A DNA stretch of 64,000 nt, from NCBI GenBank assembly GCA_001773215.1, contig MEWB01000001.1, positions 69,964-133,963 of the forward strand. Reading direction: 5' to 3'. Position numbers and translations under genes: made by a program. This document shows, one piece after another, positions 38,901 through 48,800 of this stretch. Under the pieces are notes generated by a model. The model did no database searches. It saw nothing but the letters and a program-made list of their open reading frames with translations, and was not told where the DNA came from. Numbering within the stretch: position 1 is the stretch's first letter; each line of letters starts with the position of its first letter. Source of the DNA: a candidate division WWE3 bacterium RIFOXYC1_FULL_40_10 (GTDB taxonomy: Bacteria > Patescibacteriota > WWE3 > UBA101185 > UBA10185).

Positions 38901-41900
38901 TGATGTCGACCACGGGGCACCGTGTGCAAAATATATTTCAGAAGTAAATTGAACGTAATCGTCGGTTACAAGGTCGCCGGAATTTCCAAATTTACCTACA
39001 ACGCCACCAGAGGGGCCGGTGCTGTTAGGGCAAGCTTTGCCATTGTTTGCATTTCCGGAGGCATCCAAAACGGAGTATGTGGAACAGTCTACAGTCCAGC
39101 TTGCTTCATTCATCTTCCACCATCCCACCAACCCATCTGTCAAATTATCATTTTCTCTAGTGCCTATGGATACTGCAACCTGCTGTCCTAAATTGTCGGT
39201 CAAAACTTGTGCTGCCGAGCGTGCGTAAGGGTAAATGCTGACCTCATCAATATACCCAGTCCAAGGATTAGCAGTTCCATCACTATCAATACCTATATAT
39301 ATGGGGTTGTTGCCGTTGACTGTTGCCGGGGCAGCACGTGCCAGCTCAACTGCTGGGGTGCCATCTATGTATAGTGTAAGTGAAGCCGAGGATCTCACGG
39401 CTGAAAAACTATGCCACTTGCTGTCTGCGTAGCTAGTGGTAATACAGGCCGAGTCGCTATTTACGGAAAAGCACATATATCCTGAACTGTCCATATATAT
39501 TTTGTAGCCTGTTGTACCCGACTGACGGGACAAGACTGTGTCAGTTCCTGAAATAGTAGAGGGGTGCTTGAACAATCCGGAAAGGGTAAACTCGTTTGAA
39601 CCAAAATCGAAGTCTCTGTCAAAGTTTCTATAAGCAAAGTCGTTAGTGCCGTCATATGACAAGTAGCTGTTATTAGCATTTCTTGTCCAAGTGGCTCCAC
39701 TTGTAGTTAAATGATTTAAGTTTATGGATGAATCGTTAGCAGTGGTTCCATATCCTTCATCAAAATGCCACACCGAAGTAATATCTTGTCCTTTGTTGTC
39801 ACTAAACCTGTCTATTGTGATAGAACCGGCTGTTTCGCTTCTACTAACAAGTCCCGCACTGTACAAATCGGCAACTTGTGTTGAAGTTAGTGCCGCGTTG
39901 TAAATTCGTAAATCCGACATTGTTGCGTCGGATGGTCCGCCGTTTCCGCTTGGGTTGTACCCAACCCCAAAGTTTGTTGTATCAAATCCGAAGGCGGTTG
40001 TTTGGGGGGTTCCGGCGCTTCCGTTTACATAAATGGTTGATGTGCCTGCCGATCCGTCTCTTACGGCGGTTACGAAATACCATTTGTCCAGGGTCATTGT
40101 GGCCGAGGTGTATGTGGCAATGGTTGCCCCCGAGTTGTCAAAAAAGGCAAATCCTCCTACAGCAGGTTGAAATCTAATGGAAGGTCCTGTTTGACCGCTG
40201 GTGGGATCAATAAATTGTCTTACCTGTGTAGCGGTTCCTGAAACGGCTTTTGTCCAGAAGCCCAGGCTAAATGTGGTAGTACTTATATTATTTTCCACTG
40301 CATACTGCAATGTATCTGCAGTTCTTGTACTCGTACTCTCATGTCCTGTATCCGTCCACGCATATCCGGTTCCCAAAGTTCCATCCGCATAACTTGTTGC
40401 ATAAGTTTTTTCCTCTAGTTGCATTCCGTCCACATACATAGTTTTGTCAGCAGCTACAGCGACTCCATAATCGTTGCTTGCATCGCTTGTGGCATGAGAG
40501 TAGGTGATTCTGTACCATCCGCCCCCAACGTCTGTGTAAATGGCACCATCGCTTGTGGCATCCACCGTGCCTCCTTCCCAAACCAATCGTGCATTGCTTT
40601 CGGTAATGGGGCTTCCTATTTCGCCCGTAGTTCCATTAAAGACATATGCTGACAAAGTATGTGTAGTTATACCTCCGGGGCTTACGGCAGTTGAATATTC
40701 GGCAGTTGGTTGTGCCAAAGCGAATGTTATGTCGGTTAACAATCCCGAGTATTGGGCATAAACATAATTCCCGCTTGTTGCATCCATTCGAATATCCAGT
40801 TCATTGGCAACTGCAGGCATGCCGGCTGCAATGTCCCCGCTTGTAGTTCGTGTGTAGGATGTAGGAGTAATGTTAATGTTGGAACTTGTTACTGTGGCCG
40901 CAGTTGAAACATTGTACAGATCTATGTTGCCGTCACTCGCGGACACTTTAGCATAAGCTTGAAAGTATCTTGCGACAGCAGAGGTACCTGCCCAGTTAGC
41001 TGGATCAAAGCTAAGTAACCCATACTTTCTATCATAATTATTGTCGACCTCAGAAGTGGGTATATGCGAGGCATAGTGCATTAGCTGGGTTTCCAGTATT
41101 GTTGAGTTTTGCTCCAAGATTAGTTTGGCGCTGACAATTCTTGCCTGTTTCATTTCAAAAACATATTCCTTGCCGGTTGTAAGTGTAAATCCCGCACTTC
41201 TAAGCCGCCTTAGGCCTGTGGTTGTTGTAGTTGTTTCAGAAGCCGCCACTGATGCTCCGGTAGTTTTGTCATACAAGCCTATCGAACCTGTTGCACCCGC
41301 ATTGGGAAGATTTGCAATCTGAATAAGTATCGTAGACTGCGAAATGGATGCCGTTCCTCCGGATGTGGGTCTAAATCTTGTTATGTAAGACCGCGTATTG
41401 AAAGGTAAATCAAGATACAGATCTCCGGTTGTTTGCCGTGTCCATATTATTGCGTTAGTTGATTGTTCCGAGCCTGTTATTACAGCTGCGGTAATCGTGC
41501 TTATCGCTTGTTTATAAAAATCGGTATATGTTGATTCACCGGCATCCGAAGTTTTTACCACCACTTCGTGTTTAACAGTTGGGCGTGTGCCATAAGCTTC
41601 ATTATCAAAATAGAACGGGTATTCTATGCCATCTCCGTAGCTGGGATCCACCGATGTCTTATAATTATTTACAAGGGTAATGGGTATTTCCAAATCGGTA
41701 ATGCCCCCGACAGCCGACTGAACGAGAACTACCTTAGCACTTGCCACCACCGCATTTTTGAGTCTCATGGTATAGGTCTTTGCGGTAGTTAATGTAATTG
41801 CACTGCTTCTTACCGTTTGCCACCCTTTGGTAGCGCTGGTAACTTCCGAATCGGCAACAGAAGCAGTATCGGTGTAGTTGTACAGTTCCACGCCACCCGC

Positions 41901-44900
41901 AGTCCCTCCGGTGGGTATATTTTGTAGTTGTAAAACCACGCTTGTATTGCTAAAAGAGCCCGTCCCACCAGAAGTTGTGTTTTTTATTCTGGTAGCTATA
42001 TCAAGAGGGTTTTTTGGCATAACAGCTGATAGCTCAGGTGAGCGCAACTGTACATACGAAGTGGAGGTAGTTGTCAGTTCAGATTCCGTAATGTAAGCAT
42101 CCCCGTCGCTGCCCACTGGATCCACATGGAATGTACTGAAGGCGGTTTTGCCTGTGGTGGTTTTTTGAGTTGTGTCCAAATACACTATGGGTGCTACACC
42201 ATATTCCATTGGGTTGAAGGAATAAACATGCCCTGTTGTTGCATAACTTGTTGACACTGTTGTTACCAAAGTATTATCCAATGTGTGTACCAACTCTAGT
42301 TTAGTGATACCTCCGGCATCCGTTTGTTCGTGAATGATTTTAGCGTTGCTAACTTTTGCAGTGTTGGCAGAAGTTTTCATACATACCATATAGCTTGCGC
42401 TGTCCGAAAGGGTAATTGCGCTACTTCTTACCCTGGCCCACGTTGTTCCTACTACAGTTATCTCGCTGCTTGCCACTTCCGTTACACATGTGGCTGCATT
42501 TTCATACAGAGCAAGCGAAGTGGTTTGGCCAGCGGTATCATTTGCTATAGTAGCCTCAAAGTAGGTAGTAGGTGCAGGGGCGTATACATCAGCATCATAG
42601 GTATAGATTTTTTTATCCGTCAACTGTGTATACGCGGTTTGAGTAGAGGTTTCATTATTGCCGACTTCAATATAGGTTTGAGTAGTTGTAAGTTTAGTCG
42701 TTCCTGTTTGAACAACTATTAGTCTGGCCGACTTGATAAGTGTTGTTTGTCCGGCCACTGTGTTTTTGACTCGCACAGAATAATCGGTGCCATCGATAAG
42801 AGAAATCGCAGTGCTGCTTCGTTTTCTTACGTAAACTCCTCCGGGTTTGCTACCGGTCACGGCTGATCCGTCAACTTCTTCTCCAAGAGTGTTGTACAAT
42901 GCGGCACTGCAATCTCCCGATCCGGTTTCAGTAAAGGAGACTTCAAAAAATACTTCCACAGAATCTGCCGGAAATTTATCCGCATCCCAGTTAATTAGGC
43001 CGAGAGAGTTATCTGTTGGTACGGCCGTTCCGCTTGTGGTTGAGTACACCTGATCCATGATGTTTATTTGTTGAGTCACTTTTGCCTCTGCAGGTCTAAA
43101 TGAAGCTTCAAAGTATGTCGTTGGGGTAGGGGAGAATACGCTTGAGTCGTAGTAGTAAAGTTTTGGGTAACTTGGTGTTATGTAAGTAGCACTGCTTGTA
43201 TTTTCTGCAGATCCTACTTCAGCCAACGTTTCGGTGTCTGTAATTTTGGTTGTATCACTTTGCACTACCACCAAACTTGCTGAGCGGAGAAAGGACCACG
43301 CTCCCACAGAATCATTTCTTAGCCGTACAGTGTAAGCAGTTCCATCCACAAGTGTTAACGCAGTGCTTCTTTTTGTTACATACACACCTCCCGGCTCTCC
43401 TCCTGCGATTTCGTTCGAAATAAGTGTACCATCGGTGTCATATAAGGCAGCAAAACAATCTCCGTTTCCGTTTTCGGTCATTACTACCTCTAAATATACT
43501 GTTTCTCCTGAATATTTTGTCGAGTCCCAATGTACAACTCCTAGTGAATTATCCCCGGGTAGGAATACATGAGTGTCTCCATTATCTTCATCTGCGCCCG
43601 CCATCTTATAATCCTGATTGAGAATGTTTATTTTCTGCTCAATCTTTGGTTCGGCCACATCCACGGTAGCTTCGACGTATGCAGTTGGGATTGGGTCAAA
43701 TTTGCTTGAATCGTAGTAATATGCCTTTTGTGATGTAAGCTGCGTGAAAGTGTCATTGCTTGTAGCTTCAGGGTATCCCAATTCCATGTTGGATTGGCTT
43801 GTTGTAATTCCGTCTTCTTTTGTTTGCACAATAACCAGCCTCGCTTCCTTAATTGCCGTGCGACCGGTCGTGGAGTTGCTTATTCTCACCGTGTAATCAG
43901 TATTGTCTGCCAGTGTTAATGCGTCACTTCTGTATCTTGTGTACACACCATCAGATCCGGCGTAAGAGAGCAGTGAAGGTCCCAAAGGGTCTCCAGCTGC
44001 TGTATACAATTGTGCCTCGGCGGAACCGCTGGTATCGGTTTCCATCATAACGACTTCAAAATAGACTGCGGAATCTGGATATTTATCTGCGTCCCAGTAA
44101 ACCAAGCCCAGCGAATTATCTGTTGGTACTGCTGAGTTTCCTCTTGTTTCGAAAACCTGCGAAATAATTTCCAAATGGTGTTCCATAGTGGGGTTTCCTT
44201 CACCGCCCCCACCACCACCGCCATCAAGTGCACCGGCATCGCTAGCTGCGACTAGCTGTGCCGATTTACTACCGAATTTATAAAAAGGAGCTGTTGTATT
44301 TTCAGCAGGTGTAACTGTAGAAGTTGCTGTCCAACCTGTGTTGTAAGTGGCATGGTCAAAGGAGGGGTTGGTGATTTTGTTTGTTGTACCTTCTTCCATA
44401 AAAACCCCACCGTGTCCGGCATAACTTCCGGAACTTTCATAACCTGTCGTAGTTGAGGAGTTATCCACTCCAACTAACCCTGCTATATACTTTGCTCCTG
44501 TTATCGTACCGTGATTTCCGTTTCCGCTGTCGTCAATTGCCTTACCTGTGTTACGTGGGTCGTCTCCGTTTTCGTCAAAGTGAAGTAGGAGTTTGGTGTA
44601 TTCGTCGCGGATGAATGGGGTTGTGGTGGGGGTGAAGTTACCGGTATAACGCTTGATGTTGGAGATTCTATATTCATCAATAATGGAATTCAATTGCCTT
44701 TCGGTATATGTAGCACTTCCAATGGCTTTATTATATGCAGCATCAGAATTGTAAGTGCCCGTTGCGGGGACTGGAGAGGCTACTTGGCTAACACCATTAA
44801 TATATATTTGAGCAGTTTTGGCGGTGGCGTTCCACACTATAGCCAGGTGTTGCCATTGGTCTAGGGTTAGCCCTGTGGCGCTGGTAAAGCTGTAGGTTCC

Positions 44901-45773
44901 GCCTGTTGTAAAGATTGTGAAAGACGGTTGTCTGGCTGAGACATGCCAGTATAAATAATATCCAACAGAGGTACCCGATTTAACTCCAGAAAGATAAGAA
45001 TAATAGGCATAGGGGGTTTTAGGGTAAATCCAGGTCTCAATTGTAAAGTCAGCGTTTGGTAAATCATCTAAGGACGGATTTGAACCCAGGTCAACTTCTT
45101 TTGGGTAACCAGATATGTCTAGGGCACTTTTGGAAGTGCTGTAGCGGAGGGCGCCTGTGGCGGTGGATGGTGTTTCGCCTGCCGCACAGGTAGTAGCACC
45201 CTCAAAGGGGCAAACAAGCAATGCGTCAATAGCTCCTATGTCAAAAGCATCAGGAGTATTAGTAGGGGATGTTGCCTGTTGGTTTCCGAAATACACATAA
45301 TAGCTTGTTGCTGTTCCTGCTGAGGATAATGAGGCTTGAAGTGGGAAATATACTTTTGTAGCTGTACTTGTGCCGCAAGTTTCACCGCTTGGATAAACTA
45401 TATGACGATTGAGGACAGTGTTAGTAGTATCGTTTGGTTGATACGCTATACGTAGGTCTGAACAATCGGGCTTAATTTTTGCCTGTGCTGCAAGGGTTTT
45501 TGTATCTACCGTGATCGCGATTGTTGTATTTGCCGAAAGGGAAACTGCGGAAGTGTTCACAATATTTAGCTGCTGTCTCTGAGCCCAGTCAGCCAGAGTA
45601 GGGGACCATATAGCTTGTGTGTTACCTGGGTTTCTGAACAAGATATAGATAATGGGGGTTAGAATTACCAAGGTGCCAACAAAAAAGGGAAGTAACGTTT
45701 TCTTTAATCTTTTTACGATAGGCAAGTACTTTTCAATCACAGCAATAACCTTACCAAATCTTTTTGCTCCCAT
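35922..45773 (-). CDS. Giant N-terminally membrane-anchored surface protein (3283 aa) built from repeated LamG/ConA-like (Laminin_G_3-type) jelly-roll domains plus N-terminal CBM-like repeats
   Basis: Uninterrupted 9.85-kb ORF. Signal-anchor VGTLVILTPIIYILF. At least 8 occurrences of the Laminin_G_3 signature (for example DDVRIYNRALSGAEIDQLY, LDEVKIYNFALSAEQV, MSDLRIYNAALTSTQVADLY, IDQVRIYDYARTPAQV). N-terminal ~170-aa repeats (VYFEVVMMETDTSGSAEAQLY / VYLEVVMTENGNGDCFAALY / VFFEVSFTETGSGDCSAALY). A Gly7 tract. Confidence 0.85.
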   Translation of the reverse strand: MGAKRFGKVIAVIEKYLPIVKRLKKTLLPFFVGTLVILTPIIYILFRNPGNTQAIWSPTLADWAQRQQLNIVNTSAVSLSANTTIAITVDTKTLAAQAKIKPDCSDLRIAYQPNDTTNTVLNRHIVYPSGETCGTSTATKVYFPLQASLSSAGTATSYYVYFGNQQATSPTNTPDAFDIGAIDALLVCPFEGATTCAAGETPSTATGALRYSTSKSALDISGYPKEVDLGSNPSLDDLPNADFTIETWIYPKTPYAYYSYLSGVKSGTSVGYYLYWHVSARQPSFTIFTTGGTYSFTSATGLTLDQWQHLAIVWNATAKTAQIYINGVSQVASPVPATGTYNSDAAYNKAIGSATYTERQLNSIIDEYRISNIKRYTGNFTPTTTPFIRDEYTKLLLHFDENGDDPRNTGKAIDDSGNGNHGTITGAKYIAGLVGVDNSSTTTGYESSGSYAGHGGVFMEEGTTNKITNPSFDHATYNTGWTATSTVTPAENTTAPFYKFGSKSAQLVAASDAGALDGGGGGGGEGNPTMEHHLEIISQVFETRGNSAVPTDNSLGLVYWDADKYPDSAVYFEVVMMETDTSGSAEAQLYTAAGDPLGPSLLSYAGSDGVYTRYRSDALTLADNTDYTVRISNSTTGRTAIKEARLVIVQTKEDGITTSQSNMELGYPEATSNDTFTQLTSQKAYYYDSSKFDPIPTAYVEATVDVAEPKIEQKINILNQDYKMAGADEDNGDTHVFLPGDNSLGVVHWDSTKYSGETVYLEVVMTENGNGDCFAALYDTDGTLISNEIAGGEPGGVYVTKRSTALTLVDGTAYTVRLRNDSVGAWSFLRSASLVVVQSDTTKITDTETLAEVGSAENTSSATYITPSYPKLYYYDSSVFSPTPTTYFEASFRPAEAKVTQQINIMDQVYSTTSGTAVPTDNSLGLINWDADKFPADSVEVFFEVSFTETGSGDCSAALYNTLGEEVDGSAVTGSKPGGVYVRKRSSTAISLIDGTDYSVRVKNTVAGQTTLIKSARLIVVQTGTTKLTTTQTYIEVGNNETSTQTAYTQLTDKKIYTYDADVYAPAPTTYFEATIANDTAGQTTSLALYENAATCVTEVASSEITVVGTTWARVRSSAITLSDSASYMVCMKTSANTAKVSNAKIIHEQTDAGGITKLELVHTLDNTLVTTVSTSYATTGHVYSFNPMEYGVAPIVYLDTTQKTTTGKTAFSTFHVDPVGSDGDAYITESELTTTSTSYVQLRSPELSAVMPKNPLDIATRIKNTTSGGTGSFSNTSVVLQLQNIPTGGTAGGVELYNYTDTASVADSEVTSATKGWQTVRSSAITLTTAKTYTMRLKNAVVASAKVVLVQSAVGGITDLEIPITLVNNYKTSVDPSYGDGIEYPFYFDNEAYGTRPTVKHEVVVKTSDAGESTYTDFYKQAISTITAAVITGSEQSTNAIIWTRQTTGDLYLDLPFNTRSYITRFRPTSGGTASISQSTILIQIANLPNAGATGSIGLYDKTTGASVAASETTTTTTGLRRLRSAGFTLTTGKEYVFEMKQARIVSAKLILEQNSTILETQLMHYASHIPTSEVDNNYDRKYGLLSFDPANWAGTSAVARYFQAYAKVSASDGNIDLYNVSTAATVTSSNINITPTSYTRTTSGDIAAGMPAVANELDIRMDATSGNYVYAQYSGLLTDITFALAQPTAEYSTAVSPGGITTHTLSAYVFNGTTGEIGSPITESNARLVWEGGTVDATSDGAIYTDVGGGWYRITYSHATSDASNDYGVAVAADKTMYVDGMQLEEKTYATSYADGTLGTGYAWTDTGHESTSTRTADTLQYAVENNISTTTFSLGFWTKAVSGTATQVRQFIDPTSGQTGPSIRFQPAVGGFAFFDNSGATIATYTSATMTLDKWYFVTAVRDGSAGTSTIYVNGSAGTPQTTAFGFDTTNFGVGYNPSGNGGPSDATMSDLRIYNAALTSTQVADLYSAGLVSRSETAGSITIDRFSDNKGQDITSVWHFDEGYGTTANDSSINLNHLTTSGATWTRNANNSYLSYDGTNDFAYRNFDRDFDFGSNEFTLSGLFKHPSTISGTDTVLSRQSGTTGYKIYMDSSGYMCFSVNSDSACITTSYADSKWHSFSAVRSSASLTLYIDGTPAVELARAAPATVNGNNPIYIGIDSDGTANPWTGYIDEVSIYPYARSAAQVLTDNLGQQVAVSIGTRENDNLTDGLVGWWKMNEASWTVDCSTYSVLDASGNANNGKACPNSTGPSGGVVGKFGNSGDLVTDDYVQFTSEIYFAHGAPWSTSYWIYPNDVKNNIPLGVNLQGSYIYTYVNGASSKIGARNRDSQSPTDVTVTMNNTTWYLVTAVADGTGLVKMYLNGEYKGSSNPGSNGSGIRFDRFGRAYPNNDAFSINARLDDVRIYNRALSGAEIDQLYSWAPAPVAHWNFDEGTGISANDSSGNGNTGTLTGATHLPTWTKGKFGKGIKFDGNDDYVTAGDISSVESQGALTAEAWVKVDGAGTQYEGIISKNMKIDLLRAGGLGGNDDIFVRINDGSNPYAYTTGNILTNNIWHHVAMVFDGAQTGNANRLKLYFNGALQTLTFSGTVPTSTGSDSTPLLIGKYTEGSAYLSGATDDVRIYNYARSEKQVIADMNAGHAAPGSPTPSALVHYKFDEGYLTSSNNSGNGGSSLNGTLSNATWSNSGKYGKALSFDGDGDYVQVNTAADLSAELTFSTWFKTSSLSTQTLISNENIPVRAGPILQIHSSGMVMLFDGVACSSASGIGYNDGDWHHAVATINPSGTYSIYVDGNLADYDTCNIYANPTDRILVGAHYSNNVPGTNPFSGILDEVKIYNFALSAEQVKTEYNHGTAQSFGALSTDGDGATPDNSADRGYCVPGDTSSCSDPIAEWNFDDGAGSTAYDKSGNSYDGILVNSPSWSPGKFGKALEFDSALNTSVNIYSANFANAFDTSEGTAELWFKANSSIWTDGVNHRLLYIAADTDNRVTLHKSTLDNQLQFYYIAGGTNSGVSTSSSSYTDWTHAVITWSKSSDAVRAYINGKQEGSTVSSLGTWTGSIDETLANIGSQLSTGSSEWDGGIDQVRIYDYARTPAQVAWDYNQGGPRGWWRMDETTGTVSYDASGNGINGTLTNGVTLLTNGKLNYGYTFNGSDGYVDIGAGPNVVNSISFWINPTSATEYPIDLNGSAYVWINGGTITAQGFSSPTIFVNGIPSTTLSAGIWQHVVISTATSLSATDFDIGRIEGMGNLEGDMDDVKIWTYTLTATQAKIEYNNGAINFEE

Positions 45774-45801
45774 AAATAGGAAAGTTTTTCTTTGTATTTT
45801 T

Positions 45802-48800
45802 TTATTCTCTGTTAACTATTAACCAATCGAATTTTATGTCGGTTCCAAACTCGTTTTCCACCTCAATCGTAAAGGATTCTCCTGCTGTTTTTTCTGAAAC
45901 TATTAGTGATTGGCCGCCTGTTGGTGTTGTAGGGGTGACCATAATTACTGAATTGGCGGATACTTGTTTGGAATTTACTGTTACACTTGTTGAATTAGCC
46001 TGCAGTTCAGAGGATCCCACTGCATCGGATGCATCATCAACAATAATCTCTCCCGCTTTGATAATTGTAGCTTCAACCTGTCCTTCAACTTTAATATTGC
46101 CGTCTGGGGATATGACAATTTTTCCATTGAATATGTCAACGTTCCCCGCCAAGCCTTTTTGTAAATATAGGGTTTGGGTGTCGCACAAGGCTGTGTCGAT
46201 TTTCTCTGTTGCTTGGTTGTAACAAGAAGGTCCAATGATATCAAAAGAGTCTTCCATCGGATCCAGTGACATTAAACCTGCAGACAGCGTGCCGGTCACT
46301 GTTACATCCGAAAAGGTTGCGTTTCCTGTCACGCTCATATCGCTGTTAACTAATAATCCACCATCTGAGGTACTTAGCCCAAGAGCATTACTGAATTCAG
46401 TAAACTCATCATATATTTTCTTCATTTCAGACAAAATGTCGGCAGGTAAAGACTGTGTAGATTGGGTGGTTTGACTTGCTTGTGTTGTGGCATCAAGTTT
46501 AGCTAGTATGTCATCAATAATATTCTGTTGATCTTGAATTGCCTTAACGAGTACCGGTGTTAAACTGCCGTAAGCAATACCCATGGAGCCGTCTTCTCCT
46601 GAAACAACCTCCGGGATTATTTCTTTAACATCTTGTGCAATTAACCCAATGCTGGAGTCCCCGGTTTTTTTGAAATCAAATCTTACCGGGTTCAAGGCCA
46701 AAACTTCTGCCAATCCATAATCCAGTGTTTCCACATTTTCCTTAAAAGCAAGATCAGAGGCATCATTCCAGCAGGTTGTTCCGTCGCAGTATGCTTCGGC
46801 TCCGGAAAGATAAAGTCGATAGGCTCCGGGATCCGTGGTTCCGATTCCTAGATTTCCTAGTTCATCTAGCGTCATTTTTGCTGTTATGTACCCTTCGCTA
46901 CCGTCTCCGCCACCATTCGTGGTTCCAAAAATTAAGTTCCCTGTATAACCCCCTGTAGATGGACTCCAAATTGCTGCAGCGTTATTCACATAATTTTTAA
47001 AGATGATACCTGCCCTGGAATTTGTCGTGGTGCTGTCGTTCGCTATTAACAGACCTGCTGTTACTGATGTTGAGCTATTTGTGTCATACACCGTCAATTT
47101 CTTGGTAAAGGTTGATGTTCCAATACCAGTATTGCCACTTGTGTCAATGGTTAAGAATGCATTTGTCCCCGCAGTCGTGCCATCACCAACCATAAACAGA
47201 TCATCATCATCTCCACCGGCATCCTCCTGCACACCCATCCAAAAGTTTGTGTCCGTAGCGGTTTTTGTATCAAATAAAATGGTGGGGTCCGAGGCAAGCA
47301 GTTGCATATCTCCGGTACCGGATAAATTGAACACCGCATTGCCTGTACCATAAGTTTTGAGAGTAAAGTCATTATTCTCGAAACTTTCGCCCGATATTAT
47401 TGATAGCGGGCCGTATGACTCGATTTGTGATGCTGTCTGATTTGTCATGTTGAGATCATATGCAATAGCCACATCTCCGGCGGCGCTAAATGTTGTTGGG
47501 ACAAAAAATTCAGCTCTTGCCGCTCCTAATGTTGCTATATTAGTTCCCGTGTCAGCAAAAGTAAGATTGCCTGCTGAATCTATTGTAAACGAAGAGTAGT
47601 TTCCTGCATTGTAGCTAAGTCTTAGTTGTTCGGTTGTTCCTAAAATTTCCAGTTTAGATGCGGGAGCAGTTGTTCCTATACCTAATCTATCAGTAGAATC
47701 GGCCCAGAAGAAATTCGTAGCATCCTGTGTCATATATGTTCCGTTACCGAACATAATTCCACCGTTTGTCACAGTTGCTCCATCGAGCATATTTAACTCC
47801 GCCGCTGAGGAAGTGACCTGTGTTCCGCCAAGATATAATGTTGCCAAATAGGCATTTCCATCAACTTCTAAATTACCATACACATATAAATCTTCGTTAA
47901 CAGTACCGTTATCAAACGTGTATCCTGTGTCGGGGGCAATATATGTGTCTCCCCCAACAATATGCATCTGTGAGTCGGGGTCAGTAGTTCCAATTCCTAC
48001 ATTATCTGCTGCATCCGCGACGATAGCGTCATCGGCATATCTAAATAACCCATTGGTATCATCTCGATACCATATCATTTCATCGCCATTTCCTCCGAAA
48101 CCACCAATGCCAACTGACGAAATACTGCCGTTTGAAAAATACACTCCGTTGCTTGCTGTGGTATGTAGGGTAAGGGGTATTTCCGTCGTGTCTCTTCCAA
48201 AAATGGTCTCTCCAGCTACTTCAAAAGCACCTCGGGGTACCGTTGTACCTATACCTACAGATCCGGCATTGTCGATGTACAAGGTCCCCGCGTCAAAGTT
48301 AAAATCAGCGGTGTTAGTGTCCATATTAATTGTAGTAGTGGCATCGAGTGTCATGGTATCGGTAAATTCTGACCAATCAAGGGAGTCTGGGGTAATTCCG
48401 GTAGCACCAATTGTTGCCCAAGTGAGAGTTCCCGTACCTCCGTTAGTTAGTACGCCGTTTGTAGTATGCCCAGTAGGCCAAGAGTAAGTTAAATTTTTGA
48501 GTTTAATAATGTCCCCATTGGCATCTATTTGAAAAGGTGATGTAGCTCCTATGGAGAATAGGGAAGTGGGGTTAGTTGTTCCAACACCGACATTGCCACC
48601 AAAATAATTGGTTCCGCCTACGGAGTAGATTGCATAATCCAAGCTAGTCCCTGAAGTTTGATCTTCAATGTATAATCCGTAGTTGTTTGCAATAGTGGCA
48701 CCTGAGTAAAGGTAGGGGTTGGCTATATAGATTTGATAAAGATTTGTAGTTACTGCGTTAGTAAAGTAACCTTGATAATCGGAGTAGATACCATATGCGT

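Noticed and set aside
36698-44473. Numerous 60-130-codon plus-strand ORFs in the six-frame track inside the giant genes (for example 36962-37291, 42324-42722)
   Set aside because: All are antisense to, and nested within, the uninterrupted 9.85-kb and 5.4-kb minus-strand ORFs. Their translations are low-complexity or Cys/Arg-rich. Judged spurious shadow ORFs.
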